Virus record (IMG/VR): IMGVR_UViG_3300044611_001018
Origin: a virus
Lineage: Duplodnaviria; Caudoviricetes
Direction: 5' to 3' (one strand)
DNA length: 64,000 nt
A program made the translations under genes and the position numbers. The notes beneath the pieces were generated by a model. It saw only the letters and a program-made list of their open reading frames with translations, ran no database searches and was not told the origin of the DNA. Shown in pieces: positions 9,142-20,017 of this stretch. How positions within the stretch are numbered: position 1 is the first letter of the stretch; each line of letters opens with the position of its first letter.

Positions 9142-11199
9142 CCAATTTCTCCAAACATTCAAAATTCCAAGTGCGTGATAGTATATCAAGATCAAATCCA
9201 AATTTATGCACCCAAAATAGAATGCTAAAAAAACCATTAGAACCAAAACAAATTTGAAAATAAGGCCATCCAGAAGAATCATTCCAACTGATTGACAACT
9301 GAATCAATGAATAGTTTTTAATAAATTTTGGAAAGTGTCTTCCAGTGTTTAGAATTTGTACATACCAATCATGTCCAAAATCCTCTCTATAATTAAATTT
9401 AATTAAGTTCATCGTCCAACTCCACGTCTTCAGTAAGGTCCTTTAATCTATTAAAAAAGTCTTCATCTAATGGAATAAGTTTTTCTTTTCCAGTCTCAAT
9501 ATCATCTACCATTTGCATTAGATGTTCAAGAAACTCTTTTGGATATGTATCATCTTCACCAAGAGATGTCCAAAACCATTCAAGACATTCTTGTTCTGGG
9601 TCTTCTACGGTTCTTGGCAAAGCATAATCGGTATAGTTGGAAGTCATAAGGTCTGCCCAGATTCGGAATGCTCCACGAATACTTTGCCATCCTGTCATCC
9701 AACAATGTCCAATCCAATATTCCCACCAGTTCATGGTGGTTCGGTTTTTCTTTGGTGCGGTTCCTCTTACTAGTGTACTATGCATATCTTACTTTCTCAA
9801 AACGTTCCGTATTATGAACTACTTCTTCTATAATACCATACCTAAAAAATATTTTGCAACTTGGATAGGGTGAATATTTGCAATCCCATACAGAAGGATA
9901 TACCTCTACAACACCATAGTGATAAACTGGTCTAACTTTACCATGAATTCCATTTGGAACCCAAATAAAGTTTAAAAATAATCTATCAGGATTATATCCA
10001 TCATCACCTTCTTTTAATTCAACAAAATCAGCAGTATGTGAATCGTCAATCAAAAATAATCTACCCAATGGATCAATCCAATATTGATTCATTAGAGAAT
10101 CTAGGTCTTTTGTTTGCAATTCTTTTTGATATCCTGGACCAAGATCGTAAGAGCTTTTAATTGTGTCAAACATTCCCATAGATTTATTCTCCTATTTTTG
10201 GATCTTCATTTAGGTAATATCCTCTCCAATCTGCTACTCTAATGCACTCATCAATATCCCATGCAAGTTTTTTATTTGCAGACGTAGAGTTACGTGGTTT
10301 GTAAACAATACCAGTATTCATGTCAATAAAACAATGTGTCTTTGGAGTATCAGTATCAGTTAATTGAAGAACTCTATAATACTTTTTATTATCATCATCT
10401 ATTACAAAAGATCCAATATCTAAGTTATTATCAAGTTCTCTTCTTTTATATTTAATTTCTATTGTTTCACCCTCACTTAACTCTCTTCTACTTAAAATAT
10501 AACGAGTTTCCCTAAAATAATCTTCAGTCAACTTAAGACAAAGCAGACCAGTTTTAAGAAGAATCATGTTTTTAACACGACTCTTTTCTTCTAGTCTGCT
10601 TTTGTAGTCTATATCTATATCTTCTTTTGTTTTTATACCTTTTTTGTATAATTCAAGTAAATCAGAATCCATTTTAGCTGAGATAAGATATATTATCTAT
10701 AATCTTATGCCCCCATCTCCCTCATACTACGAACAAGATATTCCGTAAATTGTTCCATTTTTTCTGGATGAACTGTAGCTGGATTAGTATTGATTGCATT
10801 TCTAAGAGCGATCATCTCCTGCCATTCGGCGTCAGTGAGTTTGTTGTCCTTAGAAGAAAATGTCATGCTGGGGTGCTCCCGTAATTTGTCAGCATATTCT
10901 AACAATATTTAACCATAAAGTGTTATTTCTTAATATTATCTTTAGAGTGTTGTAACATATCTTTACGAACCAAAGGGTCCCCACGTTCCCTTATCACCTT
11001 CCATTCTCTGCTCCAATTTATCTAGAAGACCATCAAAACTCATGATATGGTCAATATCTACAATTAACTTTGAGATTGCATTACAAACCACTGGACGTTC
11101 CTGACGAGCAGCATAAGACAGAGCATTACGAAGAGAAGATTCTGCTTCCTTCAAACTTGTTTCAACAGATTGAGAGAGTGCCATAGAATTAAGTAACAA
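9122..11199 (-). other. Run of hypothetical ORFs (9122..9412, 9399..9785, 9778..10179, 10184..10672, 10705..10905, 10963..11199)
   Basis: Co-oriented, abutting ORFs. 10184..10672 ends in an HCFIDMNTGIVYKP motif of a kind common in phage hypotheticals. Confidence 0.7.
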
Positions 11200-11207
11200 C
11201 TATTGAT

Positions 11208-11236
11208 AATATATCAGCAAGTACAACCCATGTCAA
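11208..11236 (-). promoter_or_regulatory. Sigma70-type promoter
   Basis: TTGACA-N17-TATATT. Confidence 0.65.
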
Positions 11237-12387
11237 GTAAACCAAGTAACAATTGAATAACGTGTTCCTTTGACGACAGGCATAACCTCATGAGGGTACA
11301 TAAAGTTTGATGGGAATACAATTACAGACCCTGGTCTTGTTCTAATTTGCATTTCTCTATCAAAGAATGCAAATTCACCACCAACATAGTCATCATTTAA
11401 ATTAAATGACATTGAAATCGTTCTTGGTTGTGTTTTAAAACTATCAGTGTGTTGAATATAATATCCACCCTCTTGATATCTTAAAAGGTCATATCCACTA
11501 TCGGACTGTAAAAAACAATCTGGGAAGTCTACAATATACTTTTTTGCTGCATCTGCAGACTTGTTAAAAAGAATATCATCTATTTTCTTCCTCACATCTT
11601 GATTTGAAGCAATTACATGACCAAGAGATATGTTAATAATATCGCAGTTCCTAACAGAAGTATTTTGATTACCATTAACACCTATCTCAGATGTTCTCCA
11701 CTCTGCTGCATCTTTATATTCTGATATGATATAATCACACTCTTCCTTTGTAAGAATGTCATCATAAATTTTGATATAACTTGCAAGACTATTCAAACTT
11801 TTTGTCACAACTGGTTTAGTTTCAACTGGTTTAATCGCATCTTCGGTTATTCTATGGTCTTTATCAAAATAACTAGAAAAATAAGGACCACGACTTCTCA
11901 CATAATGCAAAAATACTTGATTACAATAAGTTCCCTTAAATGGTTCTCTCCAATGAGGACCTTCTATTCCCAGATACAACATTGCATCTCCAGGATTCAA
12001 GATAACTTCCTTTTTAACCTTTTTAGGAGTCTCAATCCATATTGCCCACGGTTGATCGCAATCTAAATTAATAGTTAAAGATATCTCACAATGAGACTTG
12101 TCAATATGGGGTTTTAATTCATTACCGTGTTGATAAATTCTAGCATAAGAATACGTGGGAACCACAGTCTCTCCAATTAACTGAGACACTGTGGTTGTTT
12201 TTTCACACAATAACTCTACAAAAGAAATATAATCATATTTACTTTTACATCCAGATACTTGAGAATCATCTTTCAAGTCATAAGTATCTGCATATTCTTT
12301 AAATTCTTCTGCTAATTGTTTTGCTTTTTCCGATGATATAAAATTAGGGACAACAACATAGTTGTCCTCAAATAATTTAGAGATCAT
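11233..12387 (-). CDS. Tandem double-domain 2OG-Fe(II) oxygenase (prolyl-4-hydroxylase-like)
   Basis: Domain 1: ARIY...HIDK...HWRE. Domain 2: LRYQEGGYYIQHTD...GGEF...HEVMPV...RYSIVTW. Confidence 0.88.
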   Translation of the reverse strand: MISKLFEDNYVVVPNFISSEKAKQLAEEFKEYADTYDLKDDSQVSGCKSKYDYISFVELLCEKTTTVSQLIGETVVPTYSYARIYQHGNELKPHIDKSHCEISLTINLDCDQPWAIWIETPKKVKKEVILNPGDAMLYLGIEGPHWREPFKGTYCNQVFLHYVRSRGPYFSSYFDKDHRITEDAIKPVETKPVVTKSLNSLASYIKIYDDILTKEECDYIISEYKDAAEWRTSEIGVNGNQNTSVRNCDIINISLGHVIASNQDVRKKIDDILFNKSADAAKKYIVDFPDCFLQSDSGYDLLRYQEGGYYIQHTDSFKTQPRTISMSFNLNDDYVGGEFAFFDREMQIRTRPGSVIVFPSNFMYPHEVMPVVKGTRYSIVTWFT

Positions 12388-13184
12388 TTAGTAGTGGAAT
12401 CCTCCTCATTTTCAACTTCTTCAATCAGTTCTTCAATTTCATTTACAACTTGCTCGGTTGGATCTTCTTCAAATAATAACTCAAGATTAAATTCACTATC
12501 CAGTACACTTAAGTCAATATTTGAAAAGTCTTTAATTATATCATCTGGTTTTGTTTGAATATCGTAAGTACCAAGCAAAGATTCCGTTCCTTTATCATCA
12601 AAGAATGATTCATCTACAGAATCATCAAATAGAGATGGATCTACACTACCATCAAAAATCGTGATATTATCATATCCACGCTCGGACTGAAATGCAGTCT
12701 TACTCTCCTCAATGTTATCTTGAAGGGTATTTGAAGAGTAAAAGAGATTCTCGTGTGCTTCTGCTACACGTTCATGAACTTTTTGTATTTGATAATCATG
12801 GTCTTCCTTCATAGACTCAATGTTTTCTTCATGCCTCTTTTGCATTTCCTCCATTTGCTCTTCCAATTCTTTCATAGCATCTTGCCAAGAAAGAACTTTT
12901 TTACCTTCTTCTTCCTCTCTTTCTCTCTTTATAATCATTTGACGCTCATACTCAGCATCAAAATGCTCAACATACTGTTTGAGGTCTTTACGAGTGCATG
13001 GAGTATTAGGAACGGGCGAATCATATTCAATCCACCCATTACCATCCTCTGTGCCATCATCCCTCCATTGAATCGCCCAAAGATGTTCTATATCGACAAA
13101 AGGCCATTTATCTCCATCAAAGAAGATACCAACATCATCAATACCAATGTATCGATCCTGTTCAATTAATGTAAATTTTTTCAT
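12384..13184 (-). CDS. Hypothetical protein, possibly fibre-assembly associated; acidic C-terminus
   Basis: LWAIQW...GWIEY N-domain, coiled coil; downstream of the fibre-like genes. Confidence 0.45.
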   Translation of the reverse strand: MKKFTLIEQDRYIGIDDVGIFFDGDKWPFVDIEHLWAIQWRDDGTEDGNGWIEYDSPVPNTPCTRKDLKQYVEHFDAEYERQMIIKREREEEEGKKVLSWQDAMKELEEQMEEMQKRHEENIESMKEDHDYQIQKVHERVAEAHENLFYSSNTLQDNIEESKTAFQSERGYDNITIFDGSVDPSLFDDSVDESFFDDKGTESLLGTYDIQTKPDDIIKDFSNIDLSVLDSEFNLELLFEEDPTEQVVNEIEELIEEVENEEDSTTK

Positions 13185-13516
13185 TATTCTGTTACCTCTT
13201 GTACGTTAGCAGTTAGAACTTTACTCTCTCTTGCATGTTGTAGCATTTGAGCAGCAGCAGACAAAACATTAATATTACTTTCATTTGCTTTAACCATTTC
13301 ATTCCTAAACGATTCAACTGCTGCACCAGTTGAGCGTTGTTGTTGAGAATTTTCAATCATCAACATTGGCAACCAATTAATTGCACATGCCCATTCATCC
13401 ACAGGTTCACCTGTATTTGGATTAGAACCTCTTATTTGAGTATACCAAGAACATTCAAGTCCCTTACAATCTGATTGAATTAGGGGGCAAAAGTTTCCAG
13501 GTTTAATTTGAGCCAT
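13184..13516 (-). CDS. Cys-rich hypothetical protein
   Basis: CPLIQSDCKGLECSW...CAINWLPMLMIENSQQQR. Confidence 0.6.
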   Translation of the reverse strand: MAQIKPGNFCPLIQSDCKGLECSWYTQIRGSNPNTGEPVDEWACAINWLPMLMIENSQQQRSTGAAVESFRNEMVKANESNINVLSAAAQMLQHARESKVLTANVQEVTE

Positions 13517-13551
13517 AATTAAGTCAAAATAGTAATTGTATTATAACATAT

Positions 13552-14127
13552 TTAGTTTAATGAGCAAATTATAGTATCTACATATTGAACTGCTAAATTT
13601 AACGAATATGCCCTAGTTTCATTCATAGATGCAGATCCACTAAATGGGTGAGTATGAGACCCACCTCCAGAATTTTCATTCATTCCACCAGTTCCACTTG
13701 TTCCAGAAACAAGAAAAGAACCACCAAAACTAAATGGAGTTGCACCAGAACCTCCAAGTCCTCCTGTTAATCCTACGTGAGTATGATCTGGTAATTGTGA
13801 TAATGCTAACGTAGTATTACCAACATTTTGAACTGTAGTGGGTGCTAATCCAACTGGAAATGTACTGTTAACATTTACAGAAAAGTTACCACTCGTTGAG
13901 GATAATACCGTTGTAAAATTTACTGCACCACCAGATCCACCACCAGTCCCAGAAACAACTCTTAGTGCTTTATTATTTTGGGTAGAAAGTCTTGTCCATC
14001 CTGTAGGTGCAGTTGCTTGATAAAATACCTTTATAGTCCCAGCAGGATATATCCAGTAAAAACTATTAATAGAATTTGCTGTATCTGCAATGTTAAATAA
14101 AATTCCAGTAGAAGTTAGTCTTGCCAT
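13552..14127 (-). CDS. Short Gly/Ser/Thr-rich tail-fibre/collar-like protein
   Basis: FYQATAPTGW...KALRVVSGTGG, LPDHTH, GSHTHPFSG; paralog of 14129..14692. Confidence 0.7.
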   Translation of the reverse strand: MARLTSTGILFNIADTANSINSFYWIYPAGTIKVFYQATAPTGWTRLSTQNNKALRVVSGTGGGSGGAVNFTTVLSSTSGNFSVNVNSTFPVGLAPTTVQNVGNTTLALSQLPDHTHVGLTGGLGGSGATPFSFGGSFLVSGTSGTGGMNENSGGGSHTHPFSGSASMNETRAYSLNLAVQYVDTIICSLN

Positions 14128-14128
14128 A

Positions 14129-14692
14129 TCAATCAAAAGAGCAGAGAATAACGTCAATATATTGTAGTCTTAAATCAACAGAACCACTACCAGTTGCAGT
14201 AAAATTTATATTACCACTAAACGGGTGATTATGTGATCCACCAGTGCCTCCAGGAGACACAACACCTCCAGTATTATTTGAACCACTTACCAAGAAATTA
14301 GATCCTCCACTTGAAGCACTTCCACTTCCACCAGTTAAAGAATTGTGAGTATGATTTGGTATTTGTGAAGTTGTTAGTGTTGTATTTCCAACAGTGCCCG
14401 TAACAGGAACATTTGCACTAAAACTAACACTCACTGGAGAAGTGCTACTTGGAAATACTGTACTAAAAGACAGTCCACCAGCACCAGATACTCCACCAAA
14501 TCCAAAGTTACCACCAGTTCCAGACACGACTCTTAGTGCTTTATCATTATGAGTAGTAGATTTTGTCCATCCAGTAGGTGCTGCCGCTTGGAAGAATACC
14601 GATACTGTTCCTTGTGCCAAAACTCCATACTTTGAATTTAATGAAGTTCCATCATCAAAAGTTAAACCAGTAGCGGTTAATGTTGCTGCCAT
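14129..14692 (-). CDS. Short Gly/Ser/Thr-rich tail-fibre/collar-like protein
   Basis: FFQAAAPTGW...KALRVVSGTGG, IPNHTH, GSHNHPFSG, YIDVILCS. Confidence 0.7.
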   Translation of the reverse strand: MAATLTATGLTFDDGTSLNSKYGVLAQGTVSVFFQAAAPTGWTKSTTHNDKALRVVSGTGGNFGFGGVSGAGGLSFSTVFPSSTSPVSVSFSANVPVTGTVGNTTLTTSQIPNHTHNSLTGGSGSASSGGSNFLVSGSNNTGGVVSPGGTGGSHNHPFSGNINFTATGSGSVDLRLQYIDVILCSFD

Positions 14693-14711
14693 CTTACAAT
14701 AATATTTCTTT

Positions 14712-14725
14712 TATTTACTTATTTA
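14712..14725 (-). promoter_or_regulatory. Late-type promoter (two TAAATA boxes)
   Basis: TAAATAAGTAAATA just upstream of the fibre-like gene; T4-like late consensus. Confidence 0.5.
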
Positions 14726-15060
14726 TCCTTTATCCAAAATCCATCCCCAGTCATAGTCCAACCTTCTGCAACCATTTCATCATAAGTCATAGAAGGAAGT
14801 TTCTTCATAATAAAAGAACCATCTCCATTATCAACCCACTCAATATTATCTCCTGCTTTTAAATTAGCAGCATCAAGCAAATCATCAGGGAGACTAATAA
14901 AGTATTCTTCATGTACTTTTTCAACTTCCAAAATCCAAGTCTTTTTAGGATCTTTTGCCATAACTTTATTAAAATCAGATTCTTTAACTTCTTGCCAACC
15001 AAGAAATTCTCTTTCTCTAATAGTCTCTCCTTTATCAGGAGATTCATAAATTTTTGCCAT
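14719..15060 (-). CDS. AbrB/MazE/SpoVT-like swapped-hairpin DNA-binding protein
   Basis: YFISLPDDLLDAANLKAGDNIEWVDNGDGSFIMKK. Confidence 0.6.
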   Translation of the reverse strand: MAKIYESPDKGETIREREFLGWQEVKESDFNKVMAKDPKKTWILEVEKVHEEYFISLPDDLLDAANLKAGDNIEWVDNGDGSFIMKKLPSMTYDEMVAEGWTMTGDGFWIKDK

Positions 15061-15172
15061 GATTACTTGTAAATGAAAGGATCTTCTTTGCTAAGTTGTT
15101 TAGCTAATTTTTTGCTTTTTTGATTTTCAAGATATTCTACAAATAAATTGTATATCTTTCTAATATATTTAA

Positions 15173-15958
15173 TCATAACTTCAAAAATTTGTAAATGTTT
15201 TGTGCGGTTAATTTATTAGATTTTATGCCAGGATGACTCATATCTCTAGCATAATCATCTGGTATTGGTTTATGCAAATCACAACCTAATAATTTTGATG
15301 TTGTTGGAAAAAAAGAGAATTCATAATATTGAGTCTTTCCTTCCCACAAATTCCTAATTAACTCAACATTTATAAGATTAAATGGAACCAAATGATCTAC
15401 AAATTTACTATTATTTTCACAATCAAGTTTTAACTCTACGCGATTTCTTTGATACATCAAATATCTTGTAATACCTGGCATACAATAAATCACACATTTT
15501 GGAGTTCCATATTTTTTATAAAGCATTAATGAATTATGTAAAGCAAACTGTATTGATGAACCTCCCATTCCCAAATTAATTACAGGTATTTCATAAAGTT
15601 CTTCCAAAAATGCAGGTATTGTATGAGAATCATCTATACCAGTTCCAAAAATATACGAACAACCAAAAATAACTATTGAATTTGACCAATTGATATCATT
15701 AAACTCTTTGGTTCTATATCCATGAGAATTTAAAGTATATTTTACTTTATTTTTTCGATAGTACCAGTCGGGAGATTGGAGTTGTAAATTTAACTGATAT
15801 TTATCGCAATCATCAGAACCAAAAAAATCCCAACTACCACATATATCAAATTTATCACCATTTTTTATGGATTGTCCAAAATTTTGAACTGTTGTATTTG
15901 GTAGTGGAATAAACTCTTGATTATTGATTGAACGTATTATATTTGGATTGACCTTCAC
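15173..15958 (-). CDS. SGNH/GDSL-hydrolase-like protein
   Basis: NSHGYR, IVIFGCSYIFGTG (Ser block), NLGMGGSS, ARDMSHPG (DxxH). Confidence 0.65.
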   Translation of the reverse strand: MKVNPNIIRSINNQEFIPLPNTTVQNFGQSIKNGDKFDICGSWDFFGSDDCDKYQLNLQLQSPDWYYRKNKVKYTLNSHGYRTKEFNDINWSNSIVIFGCSYIFGTGIDDSHTIPAFLEELYEIPVINLGMGGSSIQFALHNSLMLYKKYGTPKCVIYCMPGITRYLMYQRNRVELKLDCENNSKFVDHLVPFNLINVELIRNLWEGKTQYYEFSFFPTTSKLLGCDLHKPIPDDYARDMSHPGIKSNKLTAQNIYKFLKL

Positions 15959-16127
15959 TGATCTTTAAGATATTGCTTCTTTGCTTTTTTAAGTTCTTTC
16001 AGTTCTGATTTAATCTCTTTATATGCTGTTTGAGCATCAATTTTATCACCCATTTCAAGAGCACAAATAATATCAACTCTTGTTCCAAAATGTGCTAATG
16101 CTTTTTCAAAATCATCCAATTCGTACA

Positions 16128-16436
16128 TTACTTATCTCCCAATGTATATTGCTTCATATTATATATTGGTGGGCAGTGAGCATCAATTTGTGCTTGAAGA
16201 CGGTTCTCCATTTCATACAAAGAGTTTGTAGTCTCTATATTTTCTATTTCTAACCTCTTAATATCCTCAAGTGCTCCTTTATATTTTTGTTCAAGATATT
16301 CCACCCGTGTCTCTAAAGATTGAATTAAATCAAGTAAAGTAAATTTACTTCCAATAAAACCATCAGCACAATCTACGATTACTTTCTTTTCTTTGTCGGA
16401 TACAAAGAACCAGTTAATAAAGTTTTTAATGTTCAC
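16128..16436 (-). CDS. Coiled-coil hypothetical protein
   Basis: Heptad-like LETRVEYLEQKY...LEIENIE. Confidence 0.55.
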   Translation of the reverse strand: MNIKNFINWFFVSDKEKKVIVDCADGFIGSKFTLLDLIQSLETRVEYLEQKYKGALEDIKRLEIENIETTNSLYEMENRLQAQIDAHCPPIYNMKQYTLGDK

Positions 16437-16981
16437 AATACACCTACCGATTTTAAATAACGTCGATATGCAGCAAATCTACCTAAAGATGGTTGTCCAA
16501 TAACATTTAATTGGTGACAAATTTCACAATAACATAACCACTCATACCAAGGTGTTGTTGGATCTAACACATGATATGGATATTCTTTAGAGTTTTCCAC
16601 CTACTTCACCTTCATAAGTTCTGGTCTCAGTCCAACCTTCCTGCCGTCCTTTAAGATAAAAACGGGTTGCTTGAATACACGACTGCTCAGTGAGAGAGGT
16701 GATAAGTCCATTACCTTCTTCGTCTGTGGAATACCAAAGTCCATACTTTTTTTGATCTACGTAAAAACATCCGTCAATTAACTTTTTATCTTCTGTCATT
16801 TTTTCACAGGTTTTGGTTTTAGAGTTTTATTTTCATTTACTTGTTTTACTGTATTATGAAGTTGCTTTAATGCTTCAATAGTCTCTGGTGTCTCTTCCCA
16901 ACTCCAGTCATTTGAATTTGTGTCAGAAAATGTACGGATTGCCATGTCCTCTATAGCATCTGGTGTAATGATAACACATTA

Positions 16982-17770
16982 TCAAGCAACTTGCAATCCT
17001 AATCCTTGTATTATTCTTCCCGCTATAATTTTATTTGTTAATTTTCCTTGATGGGCAACATAAGACCCTGATTTTTGTTTTACTAAATCACGAGCAGAAT
17101 CTATTTGATTTACATATTCACAATTTAATATTTTAGCAGTATCATAAAATAAACTTAAATCAAAATAATTAGTCTTATTTTTCCAAAATTCTTGGAAAGT
17201 CATCGCATTTAACTTTAAATGTGTGATTGCATTATTCTTATCAATATTCCAATAATAACCAATTTTAAATCTATCATAATTCCAATTTCCACAATGCATC
17301 ACGCGATCTTCAGTATAATATGGAAGTCTATATGGAGAAGTCCAAATACTAACAACTGCCTTTGGAGTTGGATATGACTCATTTAACAGTATAGAATTAT
17401 GTAAAGTGAATAAAGAGGATGACCCAGTAGAACCTAAATTAATCACTGAGCAATTTGTCATACTTTCTAATTGTCCAGATATAGTATCTTCCTCTGAAGT
17501 TCCAACACCAAATACATGAGAACATCCAAAAATCACGATTGATTTTGACCAATTTATTTGATTGAAATCTTTTGTTCTATATCCAGCACTATTTAAATTA
17601 TATTCAACTTTATTAACCCGATAATACCAATCATCAGGTTGTTCTTTTAGATTTGTTTTATAAAGTTCCTTAGTATCTTGGTCAAACCATTCATGATTAC
17701 CAGTGATTAGTTCTTGATTTGGAAGAAGTAATTTTTGTTCAAATCTTTCAGATAATTTTAAAAATGTCAT
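16982..17770 (-). CDS. SGNH/GDSL-hydrolase-like protein, paralog of 15173..15958
   Basis: NSAGYR, IVIFGCSHVFGVG, NLGSTGSS, ARDL...AHQG. Confidence 0.65.
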   Translation of the reverse strand: MTFLKLSERFEQKLLLPNQELITGNHEWFDQDTKELYKTNLKEQPDDWYYRVNKVEYNLNSAGYRTKDFNQINWSKSIVIFGCSHVFGVGTSEEDTISGQLESMTNCSVINLGSTGSSSLFTLHNSILLNESYPTPKAVVSIWTSPYRLPYYTEDRVMHCGNWNYDRFKIGYYWNIDKNNAITHLKLNAMTFQEFWKNKTNYFDLSLFYDTAKILNCEYVNQIDSARDLVKQKSGSYVAHQGKLTNKIIAGRIIQGLGLQVA

Positions 17771-19191
17771 GAGAATATTTGAATATTATAGCGTCTAGAC
17801 CACTTATCACAATCCCTCTCATCATTTAACATCGGTTGCCCTTTAATATTTAAACTAGTATTTAAAAGCATGGGATGACCAGTTTTTGCTTTCCATTGAT
17901 ATAGTAAATTATAAAGTCTAGGAGCATCACTTTTTTTAACAGTTTGCAATCTACTTGTTCCATCAACATGAACAATTCCAGGGAACTTTTCTGGATATTT
18001 ACATCTAACGGTGTGTTGCATAAATGGACTTTCTATCAAATCCTGATGCATATCAAAATAAGTATTGGCAAACTCTATAGGAACAACTGGAGAGAATGGT
18101 CTATAAGATTCTCTATTTTTGATTTTATTAACTCTATCTTTTATTTCTGGATCAGATGGGTCTGCTATTAAACTCCTTGCACCCAATGCTCTTGGACCAA
18201 ACTCCGATCTACCTCTCGCAAGTCCACACACTTTATGCTCATACAAATATTTTACAATCTCAGTGTTTGTATGTTTATGTTGCAGATAATATCCAAGATA
18301 GGGTGTGAATTTGATATGAATTTTCTTGTGCGCCAATACAGCACCAATCGCAGATCCACTGTCTCCAGGTGCTGGCATTATCCACACATTTTTAAAATGA
18401 TTATAAGCATGTTTATTTGCTACGCAATTTAAAGCACAACCCCCCATCAATACAAGGTTATTAGTTGGCACCAATTTTTTAGCAAGTCTCAGTGCATTAT
18501 TAAAAAGAATCTCATACACTTCTTGAGTTGCCGCAGCAATATCTTCTTTTGATTCTTCTGGTCTCCAATCTTTACATCCCTGATGTAAATTTAACTTACA
18601 TTTAAAATCTTCTGTTATGAAATCATCAAAAATAGCATCTTTTAATTTATGTTTATCTCCCAATGCAGATAAAGCCATCAAAATATATTCTTCTTCATTC
18701 GGTTTTAAACCACACCGCTGAGTCATTGCAGAATACAGTAATCCCACACTATTTGGATACTTTAATTCATACTTTAACTTTAAATTATTGCCACTTGCTT
18801 CCCAAATTGTAAGTGTTTGAAATTCTCCAATAGCATCTATGACTAAAATAACAGCATGTTTAAATTTACTAGTAAAATAACCACCACATGCATGGGTATA
18901 GTGATGGTTAAAAAATTTGTGCTTGCACTCATAATATCTTTCAAAATTATTCACAAATGGACCTTGACCTGCATAAATTTGTCTCATCCTCTTTTTTAAA
19001 GGATTTTCATACCAACAAATTAATTCTGGTTTTCCATATCTTAAAGCATAGTTTAATAAAGAATCTGAAATATATGGATCATTTTTAATTTTACTAAAAC
19101 GTTCACTCTCACTGGCGAATACCAATTCGTCTTTTACAAATACTGACAATGCAGCATTATGACTATTAGATGATATCCCCCATGTTATCAT
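17767..19191 (-). CDS. Carbamoyltransferase, NodU/CmcH/TobZ family (both domains)
   Basis: SHNAAL...ERFSKIK, HHYTHA, IDAIGE, GGCALNC, PAPGDSGSAIG, GRSEFGPRALGARS, RPFSP, HVDGTSRLQTV, LNTSLN. Confidence 0.93.
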   Translation of the reverse strand: MITWGISSNSHNAALSVFVKDELVFASESERFSKIKNDPYISDSLLNYALRYGKPELICWYENPLKKRMRQIYAGQGPFVNNFERYYECKHKFFNHHYTHACGGYFTSKFKHAVILVIDAIGEFQTLTIWEASGNNLKLKYELKYPNSVGLLYSAMTQRCGLKPNEEEYILMALSALGDKHKLKDAIFDDFITEDFKCKLNLHQGCKDWRPEESKEDIAAATQEVYEILFNNALRLAKKLVPTNNLVLMGGCALNCVANKHAYNHFKNVWIMPAPGDSGSAIGAVLAHKKIHIKFTPYLGYYLQHKHTNTEIVKYLYEHKVCGLARGRSEFGPRALGARSLIADPSDPEIKDRVNKIKNRESYRPFSPVVPIEFANTYFDMHQDLIESPFMQHTVRCKYPEKFPGIVHVDGTSRLQTVKKSDAPRLYNLLYQWKAKTGHPMLLNTSLNIKGQPMLNDERDCDKWSRRYNIQIFS

Positions 19192-20017
19192 ATTTTTTCT
19201 CCCAATAACTTACTGGTAGTGTTGGATCTTCTTTTACAAAATTTTTATCCTTATTTGCAGGACACATTGAACAATATGACTCATCTTCTTTGTTTAAAAA
19301 CTTTTCCAGCTCATCATCACTACAATCTGGTTCTAATGGTTGATATTTAAGATATACATTCCATTTATCGCTTAAATTATATTTTTTAGATTGCATTGGT
19401 AAATAAGCCAATGCTGGACACTTCCACAATTTATTTTCATGTAGTTGGATAGCATGTTTAGATAAACACTTTTCCCAACTTTGCCTAGGATTATTATGCT
19501 CATAAGGCATCATATTATTTCCAAACCCAGTATATTGTGGTGTCCAATATTCATTAGTATAATCCCAAAATTCTACATGCACTCCAAGATCATGTCTCCA
19601 TTGCTTAGCAAGAGTATATCCACGTTTAAACTTTTTTACATAGTTTTTATGAGTGGTGCTGTGTATAGATATTGCTAAATTTGTCTGAGTTGCTATCAGT
19701 GCTTTTGGGAGTTTTGGATGATTATGTAAAAAACTAGCATTAGATACAAGGTCAATTTGTGTATATGGATCAGGATAAATCATCCTCACCAAATATACAA
19801 TATCAGTAAGTTCTTTATTTAAAGTTGGTTCACCACCAAGAATAACAAAAGTTTTTGGTCTTATTCTTTGACCCCAAATATATAGCCAATCTTTTATAGT
19901 TTCTAGGGTTAATGTCCCAGAATGACCGTGATTTGAATAATGAGAGCATCCCTCACAAGTAAAATTGCAAGTATGAGTTACATGCAGTTCTATTTGTTTA
20001 GTATCAAATTGTTTCAT
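19166..20017 (-). CDS. Radical SAM protein with C-terminal Cys-containing extension
   Basis: CNFTCEGC (CxxxCxxC), LGGEPTL, then KC...WKCP...CSMCP. Confidence 0.9.
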   Translation of the reverse strand: MKQFDTKQIELHVTHTCNFTCEGCSHYSNHGHSGTLTLETIKDWLYIWGQRIRPKTFVILGGEPTLNKELTDIVYLVRMIYPDPYTQIDLVSNASFLHNHPKLPKALIATQTNLAISIHSTTHKNYVKKFKRGYTLAKQWRHDLGVHVEFWDYTNEYWTPQYTGFGNNMMPYEHNNPRQSWEKCLSKHAIQLHENKLWKCPALAYLPMQSKKYNLSDKWNVYLKYQPLEPDCSDDELEKFLNKEDESYCSMCPANKDKNFVKEDPTLPVSYWEKKYDNMGDII

